A stretch of DNA of 63,267 nt, filler included, from Cercozoa sp. M6MM (taxonomy: Eukaryota; Protista; Endomyxa: Ascetosporea): the NCBI GenBank assembly GCA_040357565.1. It is 8 parts of 8 records of this genome, joined end to end, with 100 filler letters (N's around TTAATTAATTAA, not from the genome) between each part and the next. Parts side by side here need not be neighbours in the genome. Positions count along the whole stretch, not along the records: positions 42,393 to 47,116 come from JBDODJ010001065.1; positions 47,217 to 51,681 come from JBDODJ010001133.1; positions 51,782 to 60,266 come from JBDODJ010000534.1; positions 60,367 to 63,267 come from JBDODJ010001681.1; 4 more parts are not named here. One strand, written 5' to 3'. Made by a program: the position numbers and the translations under genes. The notes beneath the pieces are model-generated. The model was not told the DNA's origin, made no database searches, and worked only from the letters and a program-made list of their open reading frames with translations. Positions within the stretch are counted from its first letter, which is position 1. Each line of letters opens with the position of its first letter. Of the stretch, positions 43,431 through 60,499 are shown one piece after another.

Positions 43431-43969
43431 ACGCCGCGCTTTTAATTGCTTCGTCGTGTTGATTTATTTATTGCGTTGCCATGCACACTCAAATGAACGT
43501 AAACGAAGGTGAACACCATCTCTAAATCCGATCCGTTTGATAGCATCGAAGGTTCGTTTCATCCTGATCGATCCCCAATCAGATGTATCATTTGAGGTAT
43601 GAAGACAACTACTGTACACAGTTTCGCTGCACCAACCCGGGGCGGGTCTCAAGCGCATGGACATGTCTACCGCCCGTTTCGGGTTCATCCGTCGGTCACT
43701 GTCTGCGGTGTCGATGTCACGGTAGCTTTTGTGCCGACTCATAGTAAATGGACGGGGACGGGGGGGGGGGTCACCGTCTAGTTAAATCTACTTGCGCCTT
43801 ACGTACCGTACTGTGTCGCAATATAAATACGTACCGTCATGGTCTTTTTCGTACGGTACACTGACACTGGAACGAACTTAATTTCGATTGCATTAAACAA
43901 ACTGGGCGCAAACCGGGCATACCGTACAGGCATTTCTTACTCACTAGTAAATTTACGGGAAAAGTAGAA

Positions 43970-46990
<3,021 letters not shown>

Positions 46991-46992
46991 TC

Positions 46993-47116
<124 letters not shown>

Positions 47117-47252
47117 NNNNNNNNNNNNNNNNNNNNNNNNNNNNNNNNNNNNNNNNNNNNTTAATTAATTAANNNNNNNNNNNNNNNNNNNNNNNNNNNN
47201 NNNNNNNNNNNNNNNNCCTTTACCCAATGCCCCTACCCCCTCTACTCCCCAG

Positions 47253-48557
47253 GCAAGAACCCGTCGCTGCAGAACAAGCGACGTGCTCAGACGGCGCTGC
47301 ACTACGCCGTGCTGTACCTGGCACCTGGTATGCCTGCTACCCTACTTTCTACCCTCCTTACCTTTACCCCCCATAGGCGACTACCACAGGATGCACGCAC
47401 CGTGTGACATGGTGGTGCACCAGCGACGACACTTCCCGGGCACCTTGTTCCCGGTGCATCCGCGCTGTCTCTCTGTCGTGCCTGGACTCCTCGCTGTCAA
47501 CGAACGCGTTGTGGTAGACACATCCCCCCCTTCCCTTACCCCCCACCCCCCCCCCCCCAGTTGGAAGGCGAATGGGCTTGGGGCCACATGAGCTACATTC
47601 CGGTGGCCGCGCACAATGTTGGCGACATTGCACTCAGTCCCTTGGTCGACAACTGTCGCACCAACCTGCCGGTACCCTACTATCCCTACTTCCCATCCCC
47701 CCTACTTTCCCGACCCCTGTTTACCCCACCAGGAACACGACGAAGACGCCTGGGCGGCCAGTGCGCATCCGCACTGCAGTCCCGACGAGCGTTATGCGGT
47801 GCCTACCCCTTACTTCCCTCTTTACCCTCCCCTTTACCCCCCCCCCCATAGAGATGGGTCAAAAAGAACGAGACACCGTATGGTGCGCACAAAGGCGGCT
47901 ACTTTAATCGTTTCGCTCCCATGTCGGTCGGTATCAACAAGGTACCTACACTCCCTTAACTATCTTCCCTTTAGTTTAAGTCTCCCTTAAATTGGACATC
48001 GTCCCCTTATTAAATTGTGTGTGGACAGGGTGAGGAGGTCGGCACCTTCCGACTCGGCAGCACTGTCGTTCTGTTGTTCGAGGCCTCGACTCATGAGGGT
48101 GGGTTCCTGCCTTTCCAATCTTTAATTTACCTCCCTCTTACCCTTGACCCCGTGTGCACAGAGCACGCCTGGGAGTGGCTCAAGGCGGAGGGCGACAAGA
48201 TCAAGGTGGGTGAGTCGCTCGGCATGCATCTGACGCCGGCCATGCGGCAGCGACGCCAGGCACTCCAGCAGGCCGCGCGCACGCACGCCGAATCGCAGCA
48301 GCAGTGCTCGCCTCTAGAAGCCGAGCAGCTGCGGCAACTCTGGGTAGCACCTTCTACCCCTTCCTGTCCTTTTTTTTGTCCCTTGTGATACTTGTGATAC
48401 TTGTGATACTTGGCTGTGATACTTGGTCTTGTGTGATTTTTGGCCTTGCGTTACTTTGTCCTACGATGTTGCGCAGGAGATCCAAGACCTCGACGAGGAA
48501 CCCAACGCGCTGACTGAGCCTGACACACTGGACTCGGAAGAGCAGCGTACTGAGTGA
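47253..48557 (+). CDS. PISD: Phosphatidylserine decarboxylase proenzyme, PSD1/PISD type (5' truncated)
   Basis: YAVLYLAPG|DYHRMHAP...HFPGTLFPV...NERVV|LEGEW...VAAHNVGDI...GEEVGTFRLGSTVVLLFEA (LGST autocleavage motif)...KIKVGESL. Confidence 0.95.
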
Positions 48558-48934
48558 CGTGAGCTTTCGTTTGTTTTTGCCACGCCATGCGCGGCGATTG
48601 CCAGCACCTACGTTTTATCGATACTGCTATATCTTCGTTGAAGCCCTGATTCGATTACGCGAGCTCGAATCTGACTCGGCTAGCAACTCTCGAGATCCAT
48701 CTTGGGGTTTCCTTTGTTTAGCAGAGTTTCGTTCCTTTACGGTACGGTACTGTGCTGCACGCTGTAACCGAACTGGTACCGCAGGCGCACTGCTTCATGG
48801 CCGCTTCGTCGGTCGATCCAGGCCGACGTAAATTAACGGATACATTTAACATGACGGGAGGCCGAGGCGAAGTTTGATTCAAATACTTCGTTTTAGTTCA
48901 GCCGGCTGGAGGATGCAATCAACGAAGTTGCAAG

Positions 48935-49734
48935 TCATTCGGTCTCCTCGGACTCGACAAACTTGAGCGACACAGAGTTGACGCAGTGGCGCTCTGTGTT
49001 AAACACACATGTAAGTTGTAAGATCAGATATGCAGGATACCAGCCGGTCCATGCCTTGTGATCGAAGAGAGTAAAAACTGTACAGTACCATTGGTGGGCG
49101 TTCTGAATCCTTCGCCTTGGAAGACGTGCCCCAAATGGCCACCGCACCTGGAGAAAACACAAAAAGACACCTTTATTTTAATACTGATACTGTCCGGTAA
49201 GATAGCATGAGAACTGACGATGCGCACACGATCTCGACGCGAAAGCCATCAGCGTCTAGAGCAAGGAAGCAACACAAATACATTTAACTTGAAGACAAGG
49301 TCGATACAGCACGGAAGCACCCGGGTGGCGGGCGACCTTGCCGGGAATGCAGTCGAAGAAAGCCGGCCAGCCGCAACCAGAGTCGAATTTGTGCGAAGCA
49401 CGGAACAGCGGTGTTCCGCAGCCGGCGCACGCGTACGTTCCGTGCTCAGGCTACAGCGTAGCACTTTAGTTCTGTCAAACCAATGGCTTAAACATTAAGT
49501 ACATAGTGCTTGTTGTATTCGCCAGAGCCAGGTCGCTCAGTGCCCTTCTGACGAAGCACTTTGAACTGCGCACAGCGGCCCCATAACCGAATGCAACTGA
49601 ATATGGGAAACGTAACATGAGCTAAGTACCTGCTCAGGCGTGAGTTTGGCACGCCACTCGGCTTCAGTCAGATGAGACGACGACATTTTTCGTGTGAGCC
49701 CAGACCTGCGACACAACCAGCTACGCCAGAGCAT
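48935..49734 (-). CDS. msrB: Methionine-R-sulfoxide reductase, Cys-type and Zn-binding
   Basis: [10 protein letters not shown]|[46 protein letters not shown]|[24 protein letters not shown]. There is an alternative start at 49686. Confidence 0.96.
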
Positions 49735-49984
49735 GCAGGTTGCACTAATAGCTACTATACTGTGTTTTTAGGCCAGTTTAGCTGCTAAGAAACACAAGAA
49801 GCCACCCTGCAGGTTAATTATCCTGCAAGTTTGCACTACGCACGGCGGTTGTTTTTGCAAAAAACATCCTCGCGAGTGGTACGGTATCGTTGCGAAAGTG
49901 TAAACTGAATTAAATCGCACCGCATTGGTCCTTGCCAGCGACGTGGAATGCGCTCGGCTGTCCTGACCCATAATCGTTTCGACG

Positions 49985-51636
49985 TTAGGCGAGCGCCGTC
50001 TTGACGACGCGGATCGCCTCGGCGACGCGGTCGTTCTCCTGTCGCACCAACGCCGTGTCCTGCTGCACCTCCTGCAGCGCCTGCAGTCGCAAGCACTCAT
50101 AGTAACGAGGCCCCCTTAATAAAAATCTCCGCCTTAAACAAAGTCCACCTGCTCGATGTTGAGTTCGGCGAGTTTGCGCGCCGACATTTCGAGCGAGCGC
50201 GCTTCGCTCTTCGAGGCTGCGGGGGGGGGGGGGGCCCACACGGGGGTCACGGGGGTAAGAAGGGATAAGAAGGGAGTAAGGGGGGCAAAAGTCACCGCCG
50301 ATCTCGCGTACGGTAGCGACGAGTTTCTCAAACACGGTTCGCAGACGCACAATGATACCTGTATCACACCTTTTTTAAAATAGCCACCCTTTAATACAGC
50401 CACCTTATAATATAGCCAGTGTAAGTAGCCACACCCTATAATATAGCCACCTCTATACCATAGGCCTCGACGTAGCCGGTGTTCTTCTGCGCCGCCGAGA
50501 AACAGAGTTCGTCCACCACAGCAAAGGCGCGGTTGGCCGTCTGGGGGTAAGGGGTTAAGGGTAGGGGATAAGGGTTAAGGGGAATAAGGGTTAAAAGTTA
50601 AGGGGGTAGGGGATAAGGGTTAAGGGGAGGGGCAGGATAAGAACCTGTGTCAACGCTCCGATACTACGCTGCACCTGACGCACGTCCTCCGCGACCTAAG
50701 GGGTGGGGGTAAAGGGGTAACCTCCCAGGGGGGGGGGGGAAAGACACCTTCTGACCCGCCGCGCGCTGCCGATCGCAGTTTTTGACGACTTCGGAAAGTC
50801 GCGCCACAAACTGCGAACGCGTCTGCATCGCCTTGCCGAACTCCTCGTTCTGGGAGTAGGGGGTAAAAGGGGGGCGAGGGGGGGGGGGGGGAAACTCACG
50901 ACTCGATCGTGACTCTTGAGTGTGCGCAGGATCGACTTGGCACTCGCAATCGTTTCCCTACACCCGACGAATACCAGAAAGCACAAGAGAAACGCCAAAG
51001 AAACGCAAGAGAAACGCCTCCCCCCAAAACAACAAACAGAGCAAGAAAAAACAACAAAATATACTCGCGTTTCTGCTGCTGCTTTTGGAGTTGCGTCGCG
51101 TCGTTTTTCGCCTTTGCGACGAGTTTCGCCATCTCGCGCTGCATCTCTAAATTTCGTTAAGGGGGTGCCATCACACACTTAATTAAGGCTGCGTTGGGGA
51201 TGTTAAGGCTGCAGCAGAGCGAGCGTACTCGAGTTGTAGTCGCGCAGTCGCTGCAGCTCCGTCGCCGCCGACGTCTGCTTCTGTTCCCTGGGGGGGGGGT
51301 AAAGGGGGTAAAGGGGGGGCAGGTAAGGGGTAGGTACCACGTGACTCGACGCTGCTCGGTGGCTTGTTCCAACTCGACGTTGGCTCTGTACAAGCGGGGC
51401 CCCCCCCCAAAGGCACGGGGGGGGCCCTAAGGGGTAAAACTACCCCTTAAGCTTGACATAGTTCTCTCGCAGCTGCGCGAGTTTCTCCGTCTCCTCACTC
51501 GTGTCCACTCTGACATACATACACAGTTATACCCCTGTACTAGTGGCTTCAATCTGTAGCCATCCTGGACAATGGCCAAAAATCGTACTGCTGCAGAAGC
51601 TTGAGCGTGCGTCGTGCCGTTCGCAGTGTCGGTACC
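49985..51636 (-). CDS. CCDC22: CCDC22-like subunit of the CCC/Commander complex, C-terminal part
   Basis: RSQFVARLSEVVKNCDRQ...ANRAFAVVDELCFSAAQK..EAY..IVRLRTVFEKLVATVREIG...DTALVRQEN parallels the remembered CCDC22 C-terminus (RSAYTQRILEIVGNI...DRTFAVTDELVFKDAKK...ALRQEN). Confidence 0.75.
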
Positions 51637-52155
51637 TGGAAGGGGGTAAGGGGGTAAGGGGGTAAGAGTTAAGGGGGGTAANNNNNNNNNNNNNNNNNNN
51701 NNNNNNNNNNNNNNNNNNNNNNNNNTTAATTAATTAANNNNNNNNNNNNNNNNNNNNNNNNNNNNNNNNNNNNNNNNNNNNTTCTTATTACGAATACTAT
51801 TCGTAATACTATTCGTAATAGTATTACGAATAGGGCGTTTCATTTTGTCCCGGCGCTCCGGGCGCCGTGACGGATTTCGAAGATCGTGCTTGATGACGTT
51901 TCTTCAAGGTCGGTTAACAAGTCTCAGCGGGATAAACCCAGAGTTAAGGCTCCAAAAGAGAAAAAAGAGTTTAGAGCTGTGGCTGGACCTGCCGGTTGGC
52001 AAAGAGAAAACCGCATCCATCTACTTGGCATCAGCTGGTCAGTTGCTCTGCAGTTTGTACTGATATCGTTAAATCTTCTCACGATTTTCCCCGTGACGGA
52101 AGATTCCGTTTACAACGCCTAGTTTGACTTCGCTGCTACAAACTGATTTTAAGTT

Positions 52156-52178
52156 TGGTGGTGTCAGATGACACCGGG
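52156..52178 (-). promoter_or_regulatory. Histone 3' UTR stem-loop of H4
   Basis: Sense CCC-GGTGTC-ATCT-GACACC-ACCA: a 6-bp stem with a 4-nt loop and ACCA tail. Confidence 0.85.
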
Positions 52179-52228
52179 AATTCCGTGTGACGGAATAAAA
52201 GTTGAGCTGCGATTTGGCTTGATTGCGC

Positions 52229-53497
<1,269 letters not shown>

Positions 53498-53553
53498 GTC
53501 GCATGTGGCCACAACACCCACCCCACTCTCATCTCGATCCCTGTGATCGATTT

Positions 53554-53576
53554 CCGGTGTCTCTCTGACACCACCA
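53554..53576 (+). promoter_or_regulatory. Histone 3' UTR stem-loop of H3
   Basis: CC-GGTGTC-TCTCT-GACACC-ACCA: same stem as H4 with a 5-nt loop. Confidence 0.85.
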
Positions 53577-53974
53577 AAACACCCTTCTCACTATACTAGC
53601 TACAGCATGCGTGGTCTACTGTATCCGCGCGGAAGCCATTTTAATTCCTCTACAGAAAAAACATCTGCGCTGATGGGTGATTTTGACGGGTCATTTTCCT
53701 TTGTATCACCCTCGGTTTACCAAGGCCTAATCCCTATCTGAGAGGGCTGCGGTATCAAACATTTCGTTTCAACCATCAGTTTTTTTGAGCTACGCTGGAT
53801 AGTTGCATTGCTTTCGTTTCATTGCGTTGTGATAGTTCGTTCAATTTCCTGTGTCAGTCCTTGTGTTAGCGTCAAAGTTACGTAGTTAGTAGTTCCCGCC
53901 CCAAACAAAAACTGCAGCTGAACCGAACGTCGCGTCGTGTGCGAAATGTTTTACGTTTTTCGGCTCTCGTGTGC

Positions 53975-54419
53975 TTAGAAGATCTGTTGCATGAGAGGCT
54001 TGCCGCTTCGTGCGAGTTCCACCATGCCGTTGTGCAGCTCCTTGTCGAGCTCGTCGCCGAGAGCACTGACGACGAAAGCGACGATCTTGCCGCCCTGCTC
54101 GGTGCCGATCACCTGCATACAGTCACAGCGTATACAGGAATATTGCAGGGCTAGGGTTAAACAGGGAACTACCCAGACAAACTTCGAGGTCGGCATCATT
54201 TCCGGGCTCTCAACAATCACCGTGATCTGCGTGCTGTCAGTCGTCTCGCCGACGAAACTGTTTCCTGACGCCTTTTGTCACACACAAGACACAGGATACA
54301 AGAACAGCGCATAGATCGGCTTGGAGAAATGCCAGCAGTACCGACTTGACCTCAAGAACGTAGGCGCCCTGCTGGCCCGGCGCCAGCATGTACTTTCCAT
54401 TGCAGAGACTGTACGACAT
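53975..54419 (-). CDS. RPA3: Replication protein A 14-kDa subunit-like (OB fold), 3 exons
   Basis: MSYSLCNGKYML...EVKS|ASGNSFVGETTD...SKFVW|VIGTEQGGKIVAFVVSALGDELDKELHNGMVELAR; size (about 105 aa) and the VIG...D.D.ELHN.MV.L pattern fit RPA14. Confidence 0.65.
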
Positions 54420-54678
54420 GCGTTCTCGGTCTTGCTTCTTCTTGGTGCCAAAAAGTACGAGCCCGGAACTGTCAGTTCTGAGCTTTAAGCGTACGAAAAC
54501 CTACAACAATACGCACAACCAACTCTACGCGTACCAGAAAGCGCAGTGAGTGGCAGCGTTGTGTTGGCATTTTCTGGCTCATCCGAGCCGAAACCTAGTT
54601 TATTTTTTGGTAGCAACCAATGCCGCACGCGAAAGCTCTTTAATGGAGTAAAATCTGATCTACACAGCTGTGAGACTG

Positions 54679-56745
54679 ATGGCTAAGAAAAAGAAGAATG
54701 TGGCTACACCATCTCCCGAGGTGCAATAATTCTTGATTTTTCCAAAGATTTGTTGATTGCGAATGTGGAGCGTTCTCACAGCCTCCGAAGGAGGAGCCGC
54801 CAAAAAAGAAGCGAACACGAAAACCAAAGGGTTTTAAAAATCAGGTAAATGTGAAATTTCGCGTATACAACAGTACCTGCACATACCGCGAGACTTGAGG
54901 AGACTAAAATACAGGGCATTGTCGCACGTGGACCCCGTGAAATCGGCGGTTTCACGCTCACAGAGTCGCAAAAACTACCAGAGTATGTTGTGCTTCTGCC
55001 GATTGTATGAAAGGACGCATTCTGCATGGTCAGACAACTCTTGCGTGAGCACTGTCAGAAGAAGCAACGTCCTCGTCCAATGTGCCTTTTGGTCATTCAT
55101 CCGTACGGGACGAGTGGATGAGTTTATGAGCATGTGCAGTTTCAAGCGAACACGGTCGCCGAAGGACACTTTCTGCTTCCGCGTGATTGTATGTTCTCTG
55201 TCATGTTGTAATGTTGTCTCAGATCAGATGTGTCTCTGGGATACAGGTGCGAATGTCGCACACTCCCGGCAAGGAGGACGACAACGTTACGGTTGTCACA
55301 AGAGAAAGTTTCCCGCAAGAGCGACTTGCAAAAGAGTCGGCTGCCTTGTTGGTACACTGATCACATATTGTTTTGGGTCTATATCTGACTGGTACCTGCA
55401 GGCACTGTACGCACTGGAGCCGCAGCGACGCTATGAGATGAAGCTGCCGGAACCGTTTCGTTCTGCCTGGCTTGCCCTGCAGGGAGAGGTTTAACCTGCA
55501 TTTTGTCTTTCTGAGTTCACTTAATTCCAACTGGCACAGAGTGCGACAGCTGAAAGCAAAAACGAAGCTCCCGTGACTTCCAAGAAGGTAGCAGTTCCCA
55601 TTGTTTCACACCGCATTTAATTAATTCTTATCTTATACGCCTTAAGGCCAAAAAGGCAGCACGCAAGGAGGCGCTTGAAAAGGCGAAACAAGAGCGTGCA
55701 CAGCGCATTGCTGCCATCAAAGTAGGCTTGTTTTTTGCCGTGTGTTCCTTTTGGACTCACACACTGTAGGCCAAGACAGCAGCCAAGAAGGAAGCACGTT
55801 TGTTGGCAGAGACAACTGACACGAGTAGTGTCGTTGTCGAAACCGACAGCAAAAGTCAGGACGACGAGACTGTCGAAGAAAAGGACGCAGAAACCAAAAG
55901 CGACGACGTTCTGCGCATCTCTGCTGCCGGCAAGTTCAAGACGCAAAAGGTGTGAGCCGTTCCACTTTGATTATTTTGACTATTTTAAAGTTTGCTAAAA
56001 CACAGGAACGACGCAAGCACCGTCAGGAAGCGCAGGAGCGTCGTAAGCAACGCGAGCGAAAGCGCACCGACATTGCTGCTCTGTGTGCACCCGTGTCTCT
56101 TCGAGGTATGCCTCAGCAGTATCTCAATACCGAAGGTAATTCACTTGTGTTGTAGTACCCAGCGAGACTCTCCAGTTGCTGACTGCCGTGGCGAAGGAAG
56201 GAACGCATGATACAACAGCTGTTGCTGCCAGCGGTGACGAAAGCAACACAGTCCATGTTGACACCGTGGATGCTCTTGTCAAGGTAGTTGATGTATGTAT
56301 ATACTATCTGGATGTGCGTATATATACGCGCGTGCTAACAGGAAGGCTTTGTTCTGGAAGACGTCCATCTGGCCGCGGGGCGACTCGGTCTCTCAGTGTG
56401 TCAGACTGGTGCCAAGGACAGCGACGACACAGTCGACATGCTGCGCGACACGCTGTCGCTCGTGTTGCCGCCCTGGCGTCTACCTCAGTCCATTTTGTAC
56501 ACACTCTTTTGCACTTCTTGGAAGTACTTTTGTGTCGAAGGTGAACACCTGTGTGCCTAGGAAAACACGCGGTGAAGAGTCGCTTCGCAAGGCGGAATCG
56601 GCACTGACGTTTGCGCTGTGTTGTCTGGGTTTCCCGCGTGCACTCGTGCTGCAGCGTTTCCGTCAGGCAGCTGGTGTTACTGTGCACGAGGCGGTATCTT
56701 TGTTGCTTAACTGAAGTCGTTTCTCAAAATGTGGTATGGCTGTTG

Positions 56746-56779
<34 letters not shown>

Positions 56780-59700
56780 CTGTAGGCAGCAGAGCTGTGC
56801 CGTGAGATGACGCCTTTCTTACTGAAGGACCACGTGCTGTACAACAGTATCGATGACACTGACAACGACGAATCGAACAACATTGTTATCCGCGCGGATA
56901 CACAGAGTGCACAGGTACTGACACATTTTACACTGCACAAATAAAATGACTTAACTGGAACAAGTGGACTCTTATGTTGTTGTGTTTTCGGAAGGAGAGT
57001 TTCGGCGAGCAATTCAGTTGCACGCTGCGTGACACGCACGTCGTGTGGACGCTCGAGATTTGCCACAAGCGCGCCGACAGCAACAAGAAGACACGTGTGT
57101 GTCTGTACCTACCAAATGTCAGCGAAGGTGCTACCAACGACGACACACGTGGCATGCCGCTCATGTGGCTACAGACCGATGCGCTGTCGCCGAATGAGTG
57201 GTACCATCTTGTGTGTGTACCTTTGTTTTATCTGTCTGTAATCAAGGTCTGCAGCATGAAAGTGACGCAATACCTCATTCTCACCGTTCTTGCCGATGGT
57301 ACGAAACAAACACACATGCTTGTCCTTAGTTTGTGCAGGTTGTTGGTTTCGCAGGTGTGGCCGGTGCGCTGGAAGCGAGCGAATCCGTCGACGCGTTCTC
57401 CCTTCTGTGTGCTGCACAGGCACTCACCGAACAGCTGCTTCACGACACTCCGAGAAATCAAGGTACATTCTGCCTTGTGTGCCGTTTTTCATGCTATTTC
57501 GACGACACATTTTTGTGCAGAGGTTCTGTCGGGCACGCCACTGCACTTTCCGACGACGTGGCACGTGCTACCGCAACTCACGGTTTCGCTTTTTGCTTCG
57601 ACATGCGTTTTCTTTTCTGAGGTGTTTCAAAATGTACGCTTTCACTTGGTGTGATCAACAGGCCGCTTCTGCTGCCGAGCGAATCGCGAGCACTCAAGGT
57701 GTATATATATAATCACATTTTAAAGAATTTTTACTGCTGTGTTTGGCTTTCTGGCAGTTGAGTCGCGAAAAGACAGAATTCGCCGCATTCGTCGACGCAA
57801 GCAGGGACGCAAAGCAGCTTCTGCCACTAGCGATCGGTCTGAACAGAACTCGGACCGGAGTTCGCACTCTCGTCAGCCTGTTCGACGCAGAGTCGACCCA
57901 CAGGTGCTATTTTCTTGAATTCATGTTTGTGTTGACAAAATTGCCCGTCAAAAATCTAGTTATCCGCGCGGATGCTGGAAACTCGCAAGTCGATCCAGCA
58001 AACTGCCGAGTGGAAGAAGATGAAACAAGTTCGCGACAAGTTGCCGATCGCAAGGTGCCTTTTTCAGTGTCTATTTCCTCGAGTTTCCTGATCATGTTTT
58101 GACAGCTACCGACGCGAGATTCTTGAAACGCTTGAGCAACAACGCGTTCTTGTGCTGTGTGGCGAAACGGGCTGTGGTGCTTTTGCCTTTCCTTTTTCGT
58201 CTTATGTTGGTTTAAGTTGAGTTGCTTTGAATGAAGTTGTGCGTTGAGTACTTTGGATCGAAGTTTGATTGTTGTTGTGTATTCAGGCAAGTCGACCCAG
58301 ACACCGCAATTCTTGCTGGAGCATGCGATCGACAGTTTGCTGTACCTTGCTTGCTGCATCTGTGCGTATACAACTTGCGTTGGTGTTCTGTGCTTACGCA
58401 GTGGCGACGAGGTGCACGTGGTGTGCGCACAGCCGCGCCGAATCTCAGCACTCGGTCTGGCCGCACGTGTCGCTCAGGAGCAGTGCAATGGTGCCTTCCT
58501 TCCTTTCATTTCTTCCTTTCCTTTCATTCCTTCCGTCCTTTCATTCCTTCCATCTCTTCCGTCTTTCCCTTGCCTTGCTTTCTTCCCTTTTCCCTTGCTT
58601 TCTTCCCTTTTCCCTTTCAATCATTTCTTTCTCCTTTTTGTGTCATTTTGTACTAACCTGGTGCACAGACAAGTCAGTGGGTTACGCCATCCGATTCGAG
58701 CGCAAGATCAGTGAGGCCACGCGACTACTGTACTGCACCACGGGCGTTCTGCGCAATATGCTGGTACACCTGTACATATGTATATATATATATATATATA
58801 GATGTACAGATATATTGTGTTGATATTGGCGGTGTGTGTCAGGATGCTCTGCTGTCGGACAGCAGCGACGGCTACGGCGGCAGCTTCGCGGCGCAGAGCA
58901 TCACGCACGTCGTGGTCGACGAAGTGCACGAGCGCAGCGTCGACGTCGACGTGCTGCTGCTGCAGCTGCGGCGACTCCTGCGCGCTCGAACTAACTTGCG
59001 GTACACTCTGGTCCATCTGTACTCCCAACAGTGATCTATTTGTACCTCGGTTCTGCACAGTGTGATTCTGATGTCGGCCACGGTGAATGCAAAGCTGTTT
59101 GCTAACTATTTCGCCACAAGTAGCCTTTCTTTTTATCTTTGCGTCCGCGCGGATGTTTATGGTTGGACAGAGGACGGTCCGGCGCCGGTGTTGCAGGTCC
59201 CTGGTCGCACCTTCCCGGTGGAGGTGCTGAACCTGGAGCACGTGCTGCTGCTGCATCGACAGCAGGCGGAACTGCTGCGACAGCACGCGCCTCACTACCG
59301 TCGGAGTGCTCTGGTATCGTCACAGTGTCGTTGGGTGGCTACAGTTGTGACCCCGTCCATTTGTACCGAGTACGGTATGTTTGTACCTGCGCAGGTGGGC
59401 AGTGGCAAGGTCAGTTCGAAAACATCGCAGGAGGCGCAAGAATTCGAAAAGGCCATTCAATGTATCCTACCCCCCCCCCGACTCTACTGTACTTGTGGAC
59501 AGCACACTTGTACGCGTATATTCTGGACATATTATGGTACGATTGTAGCCTTCTCTTTGTCCAAATGGACCCGAACACAGCCGTCTCTGCCGAGGTCGTT
59601 TGGCAAAATCTCGATGGACGCCGAAACGGCGAAACTCGCGGCGGCGGTTTTCGCGCGACACGAGAGTGGCCATCGGCATCGCGTTGTAGCTTTACCCCCC

Positions 59701-60184
59701 CCCGCACCCCATGCCTTTTTACCTTCTCTTACCCCTGTATTCTTCTTGCCCCCTCTACCTGATACCCTCTCCCTCCTTTTATCCAACCGATTGGACAGGA
59801 CCCGGTGCTGGTAGCGACGTCAGTGTGGACGGCACTCGCGTCCTTCTGCGGCGTTGCTGATCTGCCTGGGTACTGTCTGTCTATGTGCTGTCCATGTGTA
59901 CTGTCCAACTGTCCATGTGTACCGTAGCACATGCACGCCAGGTGTGCTCGTGTTTCTTCCGGGTCTCCTGGAGATTCAGCGCTGTCGCGACGCCTGTATC
60001 AAGTAGGGGAGTCCCTACACAGTGGGTGGCTACTTGGCTACATAGGGGTGGCTATATAGCGAGGTGGCTACTTAGGGGTGGCTACACTGGTATCTGTGTT
60101 GGCAGGATCGTGCAGCCCTTGCTGGCGCAACACGGCTTCTCGATGAAACTGGTCGCACTGCACTCGTCACTGCCGACTGCCACG
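54679..60184 (+). CDS. DEAH-box RNA helicase, DHX57/DHX29/DHX36 group (3' half lost in the gap)
   Basis: RDKLPIA, LVLCGETGCG|KSTQTPQFLLE, CAQPRRISALGLAARVAQE, VGYAIRFE, YCTTGVL, VVVDEVHERSVDVD, ILMSAT, VPGRTFPV, VLVFLPG, LHSSL. The N-terminal LLREHCQK and LPEPFRSAWL blocks resemble DHX57/YLR419W. Confidence 0.92.
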
Positions 60185-60499
60185 GTGCCTCTCCTTCTCT
60201 ATCATACTGGATGTGCAAATACATACTGTATACATAATTGTTTATAATATATATATATATATATATNNNNNNNNNNNNNNNNNNNNNNNNNNNNNNNNNN
60301 NNNNNNNNNNTTAATTAATTAANNNNNNNNNNNNNNNNNNNNNNNNNNNNNNNNNNNNNNNNNNNNGGGGGGGGGGGGATTCCAAGCCACCCTTAGTGCA
60401 CTTCGGCCGAGGTAGGTGTACTATAAGCAAATACTGGACTACATTACAGCAGCAAAGATGAAAACCTATAATAGTAATAGTAATAATAGGGGCTGATTT

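Noticed and set aside
48935-49734. Selenoprotein MsrB
   Set aside because: The catalytic residue is encoded as Cys (RHCVNS) and there is no in-frame TGA.
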